In this document: piece after piece, positions 8,279 to 18,162 of the stretch
How the letters are laid out: the number at the start of each line of letters is the position of its first letter
Position numbering within the stretch: position 1 is the stretch's first letter
DNA from: a virus
Taxonomy: Duplodnaviria > Heunggongvirae > Uroviricota > Caudoviricetes
Length of the DNA: 30,819 bases
Virus record (IMG/VR): IMGVR_UViG_2740892433_000003
Reading direction: 5' to 3' (one strand)
Notes under the pieces: model-generated
The model's input: the letters and a program-made list of their open reading frames with translations, nothing else
What the model was told of the DNA's origin: nothing
The model's database searches: none
Position numbers and translations under genes: made by a program

Positions 8279-10324
8279 TTACACCTGTGCGACGTTATAC
8301 CATGTGCCATTGATGTATTTTTGTATTGGCCTGAATACTGCGGGGTCATCACCATCGACTTCACCGACAATACCAAGCCCGGTAATTACGTGCCCTGCTT
8401 TCTCATACATCACCCCTTTCTGCATGGTCTGGACAACACGTGTGCCAAGTCTGATATCTCTCACATAGCGGGAATCAAAGTTACCGTAATCCGAGGGATT
8501 AACACGCCCCGTAATATTTATGGTCTTATTACTTTGAATGCTTCCGGAAACAAAGCGCATAACATGGACGTTATTAGCATAAACATCCAGATTACCATCG
8601 CCATTTTGTTTAAATCCGGTGTCGTTATCACCAAGAACAATAGAGTTCCCACCCAACGCGTTATTCGTGCCAAGTGCCAGCCCGCCATCAATCCTGGCAC
8701 CATTACCAACAGACACAACTCCTGTTCTTAAGTTGATGCCGAATGGCCTTAATGGCCCAATATCTCCATTTTCACCCTCATTTTCTCGTGTAGGGATGAT
8801 ATACAGGTTTTCTTCAGAACGGCGAAAAATAGCACCAAAAGATGAATTAAATATCCTCAGTGCATTGACTGTAGATATTTTTACTTCACTGCTGAAAAGG
8901 GCTTTAACAAGAACATACAGAGCATCCCATTTAAGATTCATCAGGTCTTTTGTTGTGGTGCTCTGGCGACTTCTCCATTTGAAGTATTCATTGCCGTTGT
9001 CACCTGTTTCAAACCACATATATGAATCAGTGTCACCATCGGCATCATTTTTAAATCCAATCTTCGCCCAGTCAGTATTTCGAATCCAGGCAAGGATTGA
9101 GTCGTTTTCAAAAGTAAGTCCACCGGACAAGGTATCGCCATTTTTTTGCACGGCGTTCCCGGCTCGGTTTACCGTTTCCTGTAAACCGAGATATTCGATA
9201 ACGGCGGAAACGGTCGATTTCGCAAGAATATCCCGCCCGACTTTTGTCAGAGTTGCCAGACTGGCAACATCATTCCCCGTAAAATACGGAAACCTGTCTG
9301 CCGCAGTAGCAAGCCCCGCCAGCGCCGTCAGGGTAGCATCTTTCGGTTGCTTACCCGCAAGCGCATTAGTCATAGTGGTAGCAAAATTCGGGTCGTTGCC
9401 CAGCGCCGCTGCCAGCTCGTTCAGCGTATTCAGTGCGTCAGGCGACGAGTCTACAAGGGCGGCAATCGCGGCCATAACGAAAGCCGTGTTTGCGATCTGA
9501 GTATTATTCGTTCCCTGTCGCGCAGTTGGCGTCGTTGGCGTTCCGGTCAGTGCAGGGCTGTTTAATGGCGCTTTCTTGTTCGTTTCATCCATTACCGTCT
9601 TAACGGCTTTTGGTGTTGCGGCCAGTGTTTCAGACGTGCTGTTGGTCGCACTGCTTAGCTGGACAAGACCTTTTCGCGCTGTGGTAGCGTCCTGTGCGGT
9701 ATATTTCCCGTTAGCAAGGTCATATGCGGCCTTAACCGCTTTCGGCGTTGCGGCCAGTGTTTCAGATATGCTGTTGGTCGCACTGCTTAACTGAGTAAAA
9801 CCTTTTGCGGTCAGCGAGGCGTCCGGGTGACGTCGTGACTGTTCGTGCTCTGCAATTTTGTCATCAACGTAATCCTGCGTCGCCATCACCGTTGTGGTGT
9901 CAATGGTCAGCTCCACTGAGGCCACACTGCTGACGATGATGACCATGCGACAGGTCTGCGAACGCCCTGAGCCTTCGGCAAGAGCGGGTTTATAACTTTC
10001 GGCCATGTTCGCCACGGCAATTAGCGTTCCCGCATCATCGTACAGGCCAAGCTCACGCATCCAGAAACCGCCCACCTCCGGCGGAATAACCAGCTCTGCG
10101 ATAATATAATTACTGTTTCGTTTGTCCTGGCTGATTTTATTCAGCGCATGTCGCCAGACTTTATGGATAAGCCCGGTCTGTCCGGCATCCGGGACAGGCA
10201 ATTTACCACCGCCATCCCCGACGGCCATCGTGGTAATGTTGACCTTCCGCCCTCCCGGCGTGGTTGCCGCTGCCAGCTTTGCTGCACCGGCAGTGGTGAT
10301 AACGGTTCTGAATTTTGTGCTCAT
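8279..10324 (-). CDS. H: Tail fiber protein gpH
   Basis: 681 aa; conserved N-terminal region MSTKFRTVITTAGAAKLAAA...; internal repeated motif LSSATNS(I/T)SETLAATPKAVK; C-terminal half more AT-rich (receptor-binding region). Confidence 0.9.
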   Translation of the reverse strand: MSTKFRTVITTAGAAKLAAATTPGGRKVNITTMAVGDGGGKLPVPDAGQTGLIHKVWRHALNKISQDKRNSNYIIAELVIPPEVGGFWMRELGLYDDAGTLIAVANMAESYKPALAEGSGRSQTCRMVIIVSSVASVELTIDTTTVMATQDYVDDKIAEHEQSRRHPDASLTAKGFTQLSSATNSISETLAATPKAVKAAYDLANGKYTAQDATTARKGLVQLSSATNSTSETLAATPKAVKTVMDETNKKAPLNSPALTGTPTTPTARQGTNNTQIANTAFVMAAIAALVDSSPDALNTLNELAAALGNDPNFATTMTNALAGKQPKDATLTALAGLATAADRFPYFTGNDVASLATLTKVGRDILAKSTVSAVIEYLGLQETVNRAGNAVQKNGDTLSGGLTFENDSILAWIRNTDWAKIGFKNDADGDTDSYMWFETGDNGNEYFKWRSRQSTTTKDLMNLKWDALYVLVKALFSSEVKISTVNALRIFNSSFGAIFRRSEENLYIIPTRENEGENGDIGPLRPFGINLRTGVVSVGNGARIDGGLALGTNNALGGNSIVLGDNDTGFKQNGDGNLDVYANNVHVMRFVSGSIQSNKTINITGRVNPSDYGNFDSRYVRDIRLGTRVVQTMQKGVMYEKAGHVITGLGIVGEVDGDDPAVFRPIQKYINGTWYNVAQV
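9599..9793. repeat. Two ~63-bp direct repeats (~90% identical, 132 bp apart) inside tail fiber gene H
   Basis: 9599-9661 cttaacggcttttggtgttgcggccagtgtttcagacgtgctgttggtcgcactgcttagctg against 9731-9793 cttaaccgctttcggcgttgcggccagtgtttcagatatgctgttggtcgcactgcttaactg; encodes the repeated peptide ...QLSSATNS(I/T)SETLAATPKAVK. Confidence 0.75.
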
Positions 10325-10334
10325 TATTCCTCAC

Positions 10335-10865
10335 TTATCCGGGGTAAACCGTAATTACATCGCCGTCATAAGCCACACCACCGGCGAACAGGTAGCCGGG
10401 AATGTCCCGGGTAATGTTCAGACCAATAAGGTGACGGCTTGCAGGTTTGGCATCAGCAATCAGCCGTTCCATTTCCTGATACATTGCCTCTGTGATACCG
10501 CTTTCCAGTACACCAATATCAAGGCGGAAGGTGCCGGGCGGGTCACTGTTTTCCCACCACTCCGTCACGTTGATGAGATAGCCGAGCGGCTCCACCACAC
10601 GCCGGATTGCGCCGATAGTGCCTTTATGACAGTGGATGAAATAGGCATCGCGGATAACGGCGCGTTTTGTCGCTTCCGGCCACTTTTCATCCCACCTGTC
10701 GACCGAAAACGCCCACGCCAGCCACGGCAGCAAATTTGCCGGGCAGGTGTCCGGGTTCCACAGCTCACGAATCCTGACCGGCGTTTTTTCAATTTCCGCA
10801 CAGGCTTTTGCGGCAGCAACTTCAAGCGGTGATGAGCCGGTCGGCAGCAGTCGCGAATCACTCAT
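10335..10865 (-). CDS. I: Baseplate protein gpI
   Basis: 176 aa, P2 gpI length and position. Confidence 0.9.
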   Translation of the reverse strand: MSDSRLLPTGSSPLEVAAAKACAEIEKTPVRIRELWNPDTCPANLLPWLAWAFSVDRWDEKWPEATKRAVIRDAYFIHCHKGTIGAIRRVVEPLGYLINVTEWWENSDPPGTFRLDIGVLESGITEAMYQEMERLIADAKPASRHLIGLNITRDIPGYLFAGGVAYDGDVITVYPG

Positions 10866-11766
10866 CCGAGCCTCCGGTCACGACGCGGTATTCGGTGCAG
10901 AAAGACGCCTGCGTACTGTTGAGCACGATGTCGGCCAGTGGTGCGGCCAGCTCGACACGCTGCACGCCTTCCACATGCAAAGCGGCATAAATGGCAGACA
11001 GACGGATGTCGCGCCCCAGCCGGTGCTGTGCCGTGATGTACGCTTCCAGTTTTTTCACGGCAGCAGCGCGGATGGGTTCGCTTTCGGGACCAGGGTAAAG
11101 GTAAAGCGTGGCGTTTATCTGGTATTCAACGATGGCGGCAGACTGCACGGTCACGCGGTCGGCCACCGGCCTGACGTCCTCACCATTAAGGGCGTTACGC
11201 ACCACGGCCAGCAGGTCTTCGGATGCCACACCGTTATTTTCACGTGACAGCACAGAGATGGTGACGCAGGCCGGAGACGGACTGGTGACAGAGATATCCG
11301 CGACGCGCCCGTCGGCACTGCGACCATGATACTGATAGGCACCCACCGACCCGGCGACGCTTAAGCCCTCAAACGCCTGCTGAATACGCAGACGATAATC
11401 GGTGTCAGACTCCATCACTGCCGGTGTCGGCGGGATAGTCGAATCATCTGCCGGGGTGATAATCAGGCGCGTGGTGTTGTAATTGGCACCAATCACATCA
11501 AGGTCATTACCCGCGGCACAGGCCAGCATCACCGCCCGTGCGGCCTCATTCACACGCTGACGCCAGATAAGCTCACGATAAGCATTTTCCTCCAGCAGTT
11601 TGACGAGAGGCTCGGATTCCAGCGTCAGGGTACGGGCGACCGCCTCCTGCTGGTCTTCCGGGTAAAGGGAAATCAGTGTCGCCTTGCGTTCGGCAAGAAT
11701 GGTTTCAAAGTCCAGCTCCTCGACCACATCCGGTGCAGGTAGCTGGTTCAGGTCGATAATCGGCAT
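10858..11766 (-). CDS. J: Baseplate protein gpJ
   Basis: 302 aa, P2 gpJ length and position. Confidence 0.9.
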   Translation of the reverse strand: MPIIDLNQLPAPDVVEELDFETILAERKATLISLYPEDQQEAVARTLTLESEPLVKLLEENAYRELIWRQRVNEAARAVMLACAAGNDLDVIGANYNTTRLIITPADDSTIPPTPAVMESDTDYRLRIQQAFEGLSVAGSVGAYQYHGRSADGRVADISVTSPSPACVTISVLSRENNGVASEDLLAVVRNALNGEDVRPVADRVTVQSAAIVEYQINATLYLYPGPESEPIRAAAVKKLEAYITAQHRLGRDIRLSAIYAALHVEGVQRVELAAPLADIVLNSTQASFCTEYRVVTGGSDE

Positions 11767-11770
11767 GGTT

Positions 11771-12118
11771 TCAACTCACAGGGATGGTTAACGAAAGTGG
11801 CTGGCCGGTGTCGTTGTGCTGGCCGGTTAACGTAACTGTCATTCGCCCGTCAAAACTGCGCTCAGTGGTGACGGATGACAGGGTGACGCGGGGTTCCCAT
11901 TTCAGCACCGCCATGTAACAGGCGACCTTAATCTGCAACTCAAGCGCCGGGGTCTGCGGCTGGTCAATCATTGACGCCAGCAACGAGCCGTAATCACGAC
12001 GCATCACCCGTGAGCCGACCGGTGTGCGCAGGATATCGCCGATACTCTGGCTGATATGCTCAAGGTCAGTGACAGTCAGGCCATCACTGCGATTCATTCC
12101 GAGATAACGCGCTGTCAT
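11771..12118 (-). CDS. W: Baseplate wedge protein gpW
   Basis: 115 aa, P2 gpW length and position. Confidence 0.9.
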   Translation of the reverse strand: MTARYLGMNRSDGLTVTDLEHISQSIGDILRTPVGSRVMRRDYGSLLASMIDQPQTPALELQIKVACYMAVLKWEPRVTLSSVTTERSFDGRMTVTLTGQHNDTGQPLSLTIPVS

Positions 12119-12750
12119 AGAGGGCTCCCGGTTGTGCCGCCGCTGTCGCCGGGGTGTTTATGGGTATGCAGTACCTTACCGTTTGATGAGAGTTCACCGC
12201 CGGTGTGTTCAATGTTGCCGCGCATCGTCCCGCCCTTCTGCACTTCCAGCGTGCCGGTAATCAGCCTGTTGGTGCAGACCACCTCCGGTGTGTCCAGGGT
12301 GACGCGGGTTGATGCTTTCACCATGACCACCGGCACCGTGGCAGTAACAGAATCAGAAGCCGTCACGCTGGCCGTTTTAATTCCGCTTACCGTGAGTGCA
12401 CTGGTTTCGGGTTCATACTCAATCACCGCCCCGTCAGGGAAACGGATATGCAGGGCATCCGCCGACGCAGACGGCGCGGGGTTATCGCCGGAATAAATCC
12501 CCGGCAGAACAAACGCCGTGTCAAGTTCACCGCCCACGGCCAGAATCAGCACCTGTTCCCCCACGGACGGTGCCCACCATGTGCGCGAACGTCCGGCGCG
12601 ATGGGTCAGCCACTGCAGCCAGTCGGTACACATGCCGCCGGTCTGCACACGGCAGCGACCGGCGTTAAGGTCGGTTTCGACGATAATGCCGGTGCGGATC
12701 ATGTTGCGCAGTGCGCGCGCGAGTTCCTGAATATTTGCGAGAGTGTTCAT
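12115..12750 (-). CDS. V: Baseplate assembly/spike protein gpV
   Basis: 211 aa, P2 gpV length and position; the stop overlaps the W start. Confidence 0.9.
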   Translation of the reverse strand: MNTLANIQELARALRNMIRTGIIVETDLNAGRCRVQTGGMCTDWLQWLTHRAGRSRTWWAPSVGEQVLILAVGGELDTAFVLPGIYSGDNPAPSASADALHIRFPDGAVIEYEPETSALTVSGIKTASVTASDSVTATVPVVMVKASTRVTLDTPEVVCTNRLITGTLEVQKGGTMRGNIEHTGGELSSNGKVLHTHKHPGDSGGTTGSPL

Positions 12751-12816
12751 AACGGGAAGGATGCCGCCGGGTCATACCGGCGGCAATGTGACGATGAGGT
12801 GTCAGGAATGGCACAA

Positions 12817-13269
12817 CTAACGGTCGAGGTGAGCCAGGATAATCTCTTCAATCATCTGCACATCCTCACCGGTAAAGCCGAGCAGAGGACGCGCCGGATA
12901 ATCAATTTTCTTACCGTCCTTCCGGGTTTCTTCCGACAGACCGAACTGATGCACACTGGCTATTTTCGGTGACTTCCCGCCGTAAAACTCCATTGATGCC
13001 TGTTCAGGGCTGGCGCGGATATGCAAAAAACGACTGGTGATAAGTTTCGCAAACATTTTTCGTTTAACGCGACCGGTCTTTTTTCTGGCGCTCTGCTGCT
13101 GGCGTGGTGCGTAGGGTGTGCCGTCCGGGGCTTTCTGTGCCATCACCCGGCGTTGCTGACTCTGACGCAGACGTTTCGCCAGTTCGGCGCTCAGTCGCCG
13201 ACGCCCTGACGGTGACAGCGATTCAATCAGTCCGGTCAGCCGGTCTTCAAAACGCTTAAACTCATTCAT
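12817..13269 (-). CDS. S: Tail completion protein gpS
   Basis: 150 aa, P2 gpS length and position. Confidence 0.88.
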   Translation of the reverse strand: MNEFKRFEDRLTGLIESLSPSGRRRLSAELAKRLRQSQQRRVMAQKAPDGTPYAPRQQQSARKKTGRVKRKMFAKLITSRFLHIRASPEQASMEFYGGKSPKIASVHQFGLSEETRKDGKKIDYPARPLLGFTGEDVQMIEEIILAHLDR

Positions 13270-13729
13270 CCCACTTGCTCACCAGTTCGCCATTGATATA
13301 AAGCTCCATCGGGCGGGTGACCGGCTCCGGCGGCGGAGGTTCCGGGATATTCTTCACATGCAGTGCGCCGTCAACCTCACTGACCAGCGTGCGCTCGGTC
13401 AGCATCAGACTGATACTGATATCAAAGCTGCTGTCATTGTTGATGTCTGCATAAAACGTGAAGCCCTTTTTCTGGCCTGCGTCGGTGGTCATTATGTCGG
13501 GCTGATTTTCCCGCAGCCACGCCAGCACCGGCACGATGAGCAGGTCAAAATCACCGGTAAAATCGGTCACAATGACATTGAGCGTGTAACGCTTTTCGAA
13601 TGACAGCGACGTCGCCAGTGTGGAGGCAATACTCCCGTTATCCACGAATATCCGCAGCATCTCGGGGCTTGTTTTCAGCACCGTGACGGCATCAGTCAGC
13701 GCCCTGCGCAGGCTGTCGGGTTTGAGCAT
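13262..13729 (-). CDS. R: Tail completion protein gpR
   Basis: 155 aa, P2 gpR length and position. Confidence 0.88.
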   Translation of the reverse strand: MLKPDSLRRALTDAVTVLKTSPEMLRIFVDNGSIASTLATSLSFEKRYTLNVIVTDFTGDFDLLIVPVLAWLRENQPDIMTTDAGQKKGFTFYADINNDSSFDISISLMLTERTLVSEVDGALHVKNIPEPPPPEPVTRPMELYINGELVSKWDE

Positions 13730-13982
13730 CGGTTTCGTCCTGACAGTGTTTAATCATTTTTACCAAGCTGGCACAGCGTGCCAGCGCGTTCTCAAGCTGC
13801 CGGATATCGGCACTTAAATCGCCGTTCGTCTCCGGGTCACTGCCCGGCATCGGGCAAAGGCTCACTTTCGGGCAGGCGTTGTGGACAATCACTGGCGTCG
13901 GCGCAGGCCGGGCGCTGGTGCAACCGGCGCACAGCATCAGGCAGGCCAGCGCCGTACCAGCGGCGAAAATCTTCGTTTTCAT
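13692..13982 (-). CDS. lysC: LysC, outer-membrane spanin lipoprotein (Rz1-like), overlapping lysB
   Basis: 96 aa with a lipoprotein signal peptide and lipobox (LMLCAGC); the 5' part lies in an alternative frame within the 3' end of lysB. Confidence 0.8.
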   Translation of the reverse strand: MKTKIFAAGTALACLMLCAGCTSARPAPTPVIVHNACPKVSLCPMPGSDPETNGDLSADIRQLENALARCASLVKMIKHCQDETDAQTRQPAQGAD

Positions 13983-14262
13983 TCAGTAACCTCGCGATGG
14001 TTTTCTCGCGCTGTGCTTCACGCTTCGCGGCGTTCTCCAGTTCCTGACGCAGTGCCACCTGCGCCAGCTCGTTTTTGTCTGCTCTGGTGAGGGCAACATG
14101 AAGCTGATTTTTCAGCATGGTGATGGTCGTCTGCTGCCCGCTGGCGACGCTGTTCGCCCTGTCCAGTGAGGTGCGCAGGCTGGCATTTTCATGCTTCACC
14201 AGAAACAGCCCCGGCACCGCCAGTGATAACAACACAACCAGCACCGTCATCAGCTTTGACAT
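13837..14262 (-). CDS. lysB: LysB, inner-membrane spanin (Rz-like)
   Basis: 141 aa; N-terminal TM segment (LMTVLVVLLSLAVPGLFLV) followed by a coiled-coil periplasmic domain. Confidence 0.85.
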   Translation of the reverse strand: MSKLMTVLVVLLSLAVPGLFLVKHENASLRTSLDRANSVASGQQTTITMLKNQLHVALTRADKNELAQVALRQELENAAKREAQREKTIARLLNENEDFRRWYGAGLPDAVRRLHQRPACADASDCPQRLPESEPLPDAGQ

Positions 14263-14675
14263 GGTTCCCGCCCCTCAAAACGCTGACGGCAGGCCGTACG
14301 TATCAGCCGGAAAAACAGCGACGCCACAAGATAAATCAGCGCAGTAAAAATCCACCCGGCAGCGACCAGCGAGATAAACGTCGCCACCATCACTACCAGA
14401 GCCACTGACCGCCTGCGCCACGGCACCGGCTGCAAAAACAGCGCCGTGACAATCTTCACGGCCAGCGATTCCGGCGGCAGCTCCCGCCCGTAGCGTTCCA
14501 GCACATACTCAGTGGCATACACGCCGACACCACCGGCAACCACACAGATAACCGTCGCCAGAATTGCCCAGGCAGCGACAAAACTGACAGCCACGCTCTG
14601 CGGGTAAATCAGGGACAGTGCCAGCATCAGCGCCAGCGACACGTTCAGCATCAGTGAAATGGATAATTTCTTCAT
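14250..14675 (-). CDS. lysA: LysA, membrane protein of the lysis cassette
   Basis: 141 aa with several hydrophobic helices; P2 LysA length and position. Confidence 0.85.
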   Translation of the reverse strand: MKKLSISLMLNVSLALMLALSLIYPQSVAVSFVAAWAILATVICVVAGGVGVYATEYVLERYGRELPPESLAVKIVTALFLQPVPWRRRSVALVVMVATFISLVAAGWIFTALIYLVASLFFRLIRTACRQRFEGREPCQS

Positions 14676-14689
14676 GGTGTTTACTCCGT

Positions 14690-15187
14690 TTAAGCCGGTA
14701 CGCCGCCAGCGGTACGCCAGACGGTGACCAGTTTTTCCAGTGAATGCTCACGCTGACCGTAACCGGCACCCGGCAGGGACGCCCAGATATTGCGACAGCG
14801 TGAAATGGCGCGCTCAATGCGTCCCGCCCGGATGTCATCCAGTGCACCGCGTTCGCGGATCAACTGAATGGCGAGTCTGTCCTGTGATAACGGACTGAAA
14901 TCCGGCAGGGCAAGCTGTTTGCGGTAGTGCGGCCAGAACAGGTAAAGCTGCTGATAGCGACCGGAGGCCGTGGATTTTTCACCGCGACGGTTAAACACCT
15001 TCGCCGGTCGGCCATGTGCGAACGGGTGGTCACTGTAGTCGGTGAAGATTTCCGGCTTCCCGTCCAGTCCGGTGACTATCACGTCATAGCCCCGGTTTTT
15101 CGTCAGCGGGTGATTCGCCGTCCCTTCGGACACGGCCAGCATGTCGAGAAAGGCCGCGATATTCTGATGCGTGTTAATAACCGGCAT
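14690..15187 (-). CDS. K: Endolysin gpK
   Basis: 165 aa, P2 gpK length, between holin Y and lysA. Confidence 0.9.
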   Translation of the reverse strand: MPVINTHQNIAAFLDMLAVSEGTANHPLTKNRGYDVIVTGLDGKPEIFTDYSDHPFAHGRPAKVFNRRGEKSTASGRYQQLYLFWPHYRKQLALPDFSPLSQDRLAIQLIRERGALDDIRAGRIERAISRCRNIWASLPGAGYGQREHSLEKLVTVWRTAGGVPA

Positions 15188-15468
15188 TACTGTTTCCCCC
15201 TGCCCTTAAAGCGGCGCTGAATGGCAATCTCAATCACCTGATAACCGGCGATACCCAGCATGGAGCCGATGCCGCACACCGCAGGCAGTGACAGGTCAGG
15301 AAACTGCACCAGAACAACACCGGCAACCATCGAGACAAAACCACCGAGCAACATGCGCCCGATAAACAGACGCGGGGTGATGGGTTCACCACCGGCAAGC
15401 ACCTTGCCGACAACAATCAGCACTCCAATCATGAAAAGCGACAGGACGCTTTTTTCTTCTGCTGTCAT
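15187..15468 (-). CDS. Y: Holin gpY
   Basis: 93 aa, hydrophobic helices with a charged C-terminus (RRFKGRGKQ); P2 gpY length. Confidence 0.88.
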   Translation of the reverse strand: MTAEEKSVLSLFMIGVLIVVGKVLAGGEPITPRLFIGRMLLGGFVSMVAGVVLVQFPDLSLPAVCGIGSMLGIAGYQVIEIAIQRRFKGRGKQ

Positions 15469-15471
15469 GCG

Positions 15472-15675
15472 TTACTCCCACAGATTGACAGTTTCAGCCA
15501 CGGGCGCGGTCTGAACGTCGGGCAGTTCGACGGCGGTGCCGTGCGGCAGCACCGCACCCAGTTCAGCCAGTCCCGGATTTGCGGCGAGCACGGTCTCAAC
15601 CACGCCCTCAGTGCGCCCGTAATACCGGACACAAATGGCGTCGAGCGTGTCGCCCTGTAGCGCAAAGGTCTTCAT
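15472..15675 (-). CDS. X: Tail protein gpX
   Basis: 67 aa from the ATG at 15675..15673 (MKTFALQGDTLDAICVRYYG...), overlapping the L stop as ATGA; the ORF track extends it from a GTG at 15744. Confidence 0.85.
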   Translation of the reverse strand: MKTFALQGDTLDAICVRYYGRTEGVVETVLAANPGLAELGAVLPHGTAVELPDVQTAPVAETVNLWE

Positions 15676-16184
15676 CAGATTTGACTCACGATGCAGCGCG
15701 GCTTGTCCTGGATACGCGCCACCGCCCAGCGCATATCCCGCCACAGTTCATCAATGGTGCTGTCAATGCTGTCGGCCTTCTTGTCGCCTTTCGCACTGGC
15801 ATCCACGCCGCGGTAACGCTCATAAAGCGACGCGGTCGCCATCGCACACACGGCGCGCTCGTAGTAAAAAACTTTGATGCTTTCACCGTCGATGTCGTCC
15901 GCCGGAACGTCCGCCAGACGCGTAAAACCGGCGGCAATTTTCTGTTCGCGGTACTCGTACAGCTCCGCATTCGTCTCCGCCATGCCTGACTTGATGGCCT
16001 CACGCAGACGGGCGGGGGCGACGGTCTGCTCAAGGCGCATACGTTCCCGGACGCGCTTCGGGTCGATATCGGGAAAAAAGAACGTGTTTTTAATCACCGG
16101 CTCGTCGCCTGCCGGTTGCGGGATGACCACCGTACCCTCACCGGACACGGGAGCCTCCTTTCGCGGAATAATCAGCGTCATCAT
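15675..16184 (-). CDS. L: Head completion protein gpL
   Basis: 169 aa from the ATG at 16184..16182 (MMTLIIPRKE...) with AGAGGT RBS; the ORF track N-terminus derives from a GTG at 16244. Confidence 0.85.
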   Translation of the reverse strand: MMTLIIPRKEAPVSGEGTVVIPQPAGDEPVIKNTFFFPDIDPKRVRERMRLEQTVAPARLREAIKSGMAETNAELYEYREQKIAAGFTRLADVPADDIDGESIKVFYYERAVCAMATASLYERYRGVDASAKGDKKADSIDSTIDELWRDMRWAVARIQDKPRCIVSQI

Positions 16185-16283
16185 GACTACCTCTGAAAAG
16201 TCGGGCGGTGGACGCCGGTGCAGTGTCAGGTGATTCACCCTCACTGACCGGCGTGCCGCCCTGGCGCGGGGCGCATTCGGTTG

Positions 16284-17027
16284 TTAACTGGCTTTCTTTT
16301 TCGGGCGTCCACGTTTTGCCGGTGTCACGCTCCGGGTCTTACGCGGGGTACGGGTGGCCGCTTTGGGCTGCGGCTCCGGCTTCGGTTTCAGCTCCCGCTC
16401 CAGTCGTTCAATCTCTTTTTTGACGCCTGCCTGACAGTCGAGCTGTGTCGCACGTTGCAGGTGAGCCAGCGCACCGGCGGCATCACCACCGTCACGCAGA
16501 AACAGACCGGTGATTTTGTGCAGCTTTGCGCGCACTTCATCAGGCATGTCAGCAGCGGCAGTCAGTTCAAGGGTCTCCGTCAGCAGGCGGGTATCCACAG
16601 ACTCACCGGCCGCGTGGGCGCGCATGGCCGCAAGCGCTACCTCCTCGGTGAACATGTACGGCGGGGTGCGGCGGTGTTTACCCGGCATGGTCAGACCGTA
16701 CTTCAGGGCATAACGGGCAATCTCCAGCGCACCGGCAATATCGCCGGTATCCAGACGCCACAGCATGACCGTCATCAGAATGTCATCCTGTGCGCCTTTG
16801 CCCTGCTCCAGCACGCCGTTCACCCACGGCAACCAGAACGGCAGCAGTTCGCGTTTTTTCGCGGCCTTCAGCTCTTTTGAATAAATCGCTTTCAGTGTGC
16901 GCTGGTCTGCGGCCAGCTTGACCAGCATCTGCTCATAGACAGTTGCATGTCGCAGCGGGGCGGCTTCCCGCTGCGCGGTCATCGCTGCCGAGACCCGCAT
17001 CATGTGGCGCTGTGCGGGACTCGTCAT
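16284..17027 (-). CDS. M: Terminase small subunit gpM
   Basis: 247 aa, P2 gpM length; basic C-terminal tail (KRGRPKKKAS). Confidence 0.9.
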   Translation of the reverse strand: MTSPAQRHMMRVSAAMTAQREAAPLRHATVYEQMLVKLAADQRTLKAIYSKELKAAKKRELLPFWLPWVNGVLEQGKGAQDDILMTVMLWRLDTGDIAGALEIARYALKYGLTMPGKHRRTPPYMFTEEVALAAMRAHAAGESVDTRLLTETLELTAAADMPDEVRAKLHKITGLFLRDGGDAAGALAHLQRATQLDCQAGVKKEIERLERELKPKPEPQPKAATRTPRKTRSVTPAKRGRPKKKAS

Positions 17028-17030
17028 CGG

Positions 17031-18104
17031 TTACGCTCCCGGCTCTGCGGTCGCCTTAGCCGGTGTGGAGAAATCACCGACCTTAATTTTTTCCACCAGG
17101 CAACCGGCGGCGTAGTCTTCCACCACGTAATCAATGTTCATTGACTCGTAGTTCTCCACGCGGTCGAGTTTCGGGTTTTCCTCAATCACGCGGCGATGGC
17201 TGTCATCCATGTAGTAGATGGACAGGTTTTCCAGCTTCGTGATGAGCATCGCATCCGCCGGGAAGTACGGGACGCGTACCGCTGGCAGGTTGCCGATGCG
17301 TTTCTGGCTGATGATGACGTCAGCGGCCAGCATTTCGCTGTTGTCCTGCTCCTTGTTAACGATGGGGAAATACTTGTCCGCCAGTAGCTGACGCCCCACA
17401 ATCACCACAAGGTCAGGGTCTTCCTGATACCACGGCTCAATCAGGTTGTTGGTCGCATCCATCACCAGTGCATCAAGGCTGGCATAATCACCGCCCTTAC
17501 CCACGCGGATGACCTCAGAGGTGGTATGCCCTTCCTCGTCAGTGACCTTGCTCATCACGCGCGCCGGGGCTTCATTGCGGTATTTCTGCAGCCAGCCGAC
17601 CGCCACATCCTGCAGCATCGGGTTACTGCTGCGGTCAGAGGTTTCGGCACGCTTCACGCCGTTAAAACCGGCCATGATGAAATCAAGGGACTGGCGTTTG
17701 ATAATGGCGTTACGGATACGGAGCTGGAAATCCTGATAACGCGCCCACAGGTCAAGCGTTTTGTAGCGGATATAAAAATCGAAGTTAATCTGGTCGCATT
17801 CGTACTTGTTTGACGCCAGCTTCGAGAAGTCCTTCGGCTGACGCTCGGTGCCACCGGCGGTGTCGGTGGTGCTGGCGATGGAGCCGGTGACACCGATACC
17901 AATTTTTTCCCCTTTCATTTCGCTGACCGGCACAATGTTGATGCGGGTCAGAAAGTCAGAGGACTCCTGCATGGTGTTCATCAGGGTCTGGGTGACCGAC
18001 GGTTCAACGGTGAATTTTTTCGACACATCACCGGCGTCGATGCCGTTCAGCTCGGCAACACGGGACAGGTAGGCATTAAATTTAAAGCGGGTTTCCTGGC
18101 GCAT
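17031..18104 (-). CDS. N: Major capsid protein gpN
   Basis: 357 aa, P2 gpN length and position. Confidence 0.92.
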   Translation of the reverse strand: MRQETRFKFNAYLSRVAELNGIDAGDVSKKFTVEPSVTQTLMNTMQESSDFLTRINIVPVSEMKGEKIGIGVTGSIASTTDTAGGTERQPKDFSKLASNKYECDQINFDFYIRYKTLDLWARYQDFQLRIRNAIIKRQSLDFIMAGFNGVKRAETSDRSSNPMLQDVAVGWLQKYRNEAPARVMSKVTDEEGHTTSEVIRVGKGGDYASLDALVMDATNNLIEPWYQEDPDLVVIVGRQLLADKYFPIVNKEQDNSEMLAADVIISQKRIGNLPAVRVPYFPADAMLITKLENLSIYYMDDSHRRVIEENPKLDRVENYESMNIDYVVEDYAAGCLVEKIKVGDFSTPAKATAEPGA

Positions 18105-18162
18105 AGTTTTTCCTGAAATTAAGGGTTAATCGTGAAGGTTTTCCCGGACTGACTGACGCCGG

